Assembly (NCBI GenBank): GCA_963758525.1
Contig: CAVWVQ010000003.1
Location: 3,968,001 to 4,032,000 of the forward strand
DNA length: 64,000 nt
Direction of reading: 5' to 3'
From: an uncultured Phycisphaerales bacterium
Lineage (GTDB): Bacteria > Planctomycetota > Phycisphaerae > Tepidisphaerales > Tepidisphaeraceae
The translations under genes and the position numbers were made by a program. Every line of letters starts with the position of its first letter. The first letter of the stretch is position 1. The notes beneath the pieces were generated by a model. The model saw only the letters and a program-made list of their open reading frames with translations. It was not told the origin of the DNA and made no database searches. Of the stretch, positions 63,331-64,000 are shown one piece after another.

Positions 63331-64000
63331 ATGTCTGATGGCGTCTTTCCAACCTTCCAGAAGCTCAGCCAGACTCCGCTGCGCGACATTGCGCGCGGCA
63401 GGGTCACCGGCCGACTCGACTGGAAATCGCACCTTGCCACGGCGGGTTTGCCGCAAGCTGCTGCTGAATTGATTGGACGGGTGGTGAAGCACACCAGGCT
63501 TTTTCGCCTCGAAAAAGCGGCGGTTGCCGATGAAATGATCGCTCATTTCCTCGATGGACTGGCTGCGGGAACCAGCACTGAGCAACTGATCGAAAGCTTC
63601 GGCGATGAGCGTGTGGCCGCCCGGCTGATCCGTCGCTCCAAGCGGCGCGGACGAGCATGGCCGTGGCAAGCCTGGAGCGTCAGCATCCGCGCGATGGCGG
63701 TTGTGCTGGCGATCTACGCGGTGCTGCTGATCCGCTTCTGTCTCGGCCGGCCAAATCCCTCCGTCGATTATGTCGCCCGCTTGAATGACTCAATCGCTCA
63801 TACCGCGCAAAGCGATCGGGCCTGGCCGCTGTGGCGGCAGGCGATTTTGGAATGTTCCGACGGCGCAAAAGATGGCCGGCTGACGTTCTCGGAAGCGATC
63901 CTTCCCACCGGGAATGAGAAGCCGTCGTGGCCGCAGACGGTACGGTGGCTCGATGCGCACGCGTCGGCGATGGAGATCGCGCGCCAGGCGGGGCGAAAGC
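63331..64000 (+). CDS. Membrane protein downstream of padR; 3' partial
   Basis: Frame is open to the window end: MSDGVFPTF...ADEMIAHFLDG...FGDERVAARLIRR, then a TM segment. Confidence 0.75.
   Translation, partial: MSDGVFPTFQKLSQTPLRDIARGRVTGRLDWKSHLATAGLPQAAAELIGRVVKHTRLFRLEKAAVADEMIAHFLDGLAAGTSTEQLIESFGDERVAARLIRRSKRRGRAWPWQAWSVSIRAMAVVLAIYAVLLIRFCLGRPNPSVDYVARLNDSIAHTAQSDRAWPLWRQAILECSDGAKDGRLTFSEAILPTGNEKPSWPQTVRWLDAHASAMEIARQAGRK

Overview
GC-rich bacterial chromosome segment. Gene style (giant PEP-CTERM passenger-repeat protein, zinc-ribbon LepB, bacterial E2-like protein, many REP-like palindromes) suggests Planctomycetota, possibly Phycisphaerae; this is inference only. Many genes carry single-base frameshifts, most likely long-read indel errors. 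Layout: Ig/Calx-beta surface protein, sat, a flippase-like gene and a VOC fusion (1-6.9 kb); an accessory/defence region (about 7-25.7 kb) with Uma2 and HicB remnants, a LEM-3-like GIY-YIG nuclease, repeated hairpin elements, an IS1202-family IS with a 16-bp target duplication, a tight three-gene operon (two nucleoside-deoxyribosyltransferase-like genes plus a Cap12-type TIR fusion), a DUF6878/DUF6915-like pair, a vapBC module between 185-bp direct repeats and an Hhe-like helicase/nuclease carrying in-frame palindromes; then mostly housekeeping genes (rho, bcp, a degenerate nuoL/nuoM pair, lepB, an ABC1 kinase, ECF sigma/anti-sigma, an E2-like protein, tRNA-Ala), a roughly 9-kb PEP-CTERM gene and a PadR operon. 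The best candidate for an undescribed system is the NDT-like/NDT-like/TIR operon at 13059-15396. All family calls come from motif recognition, not database searches.
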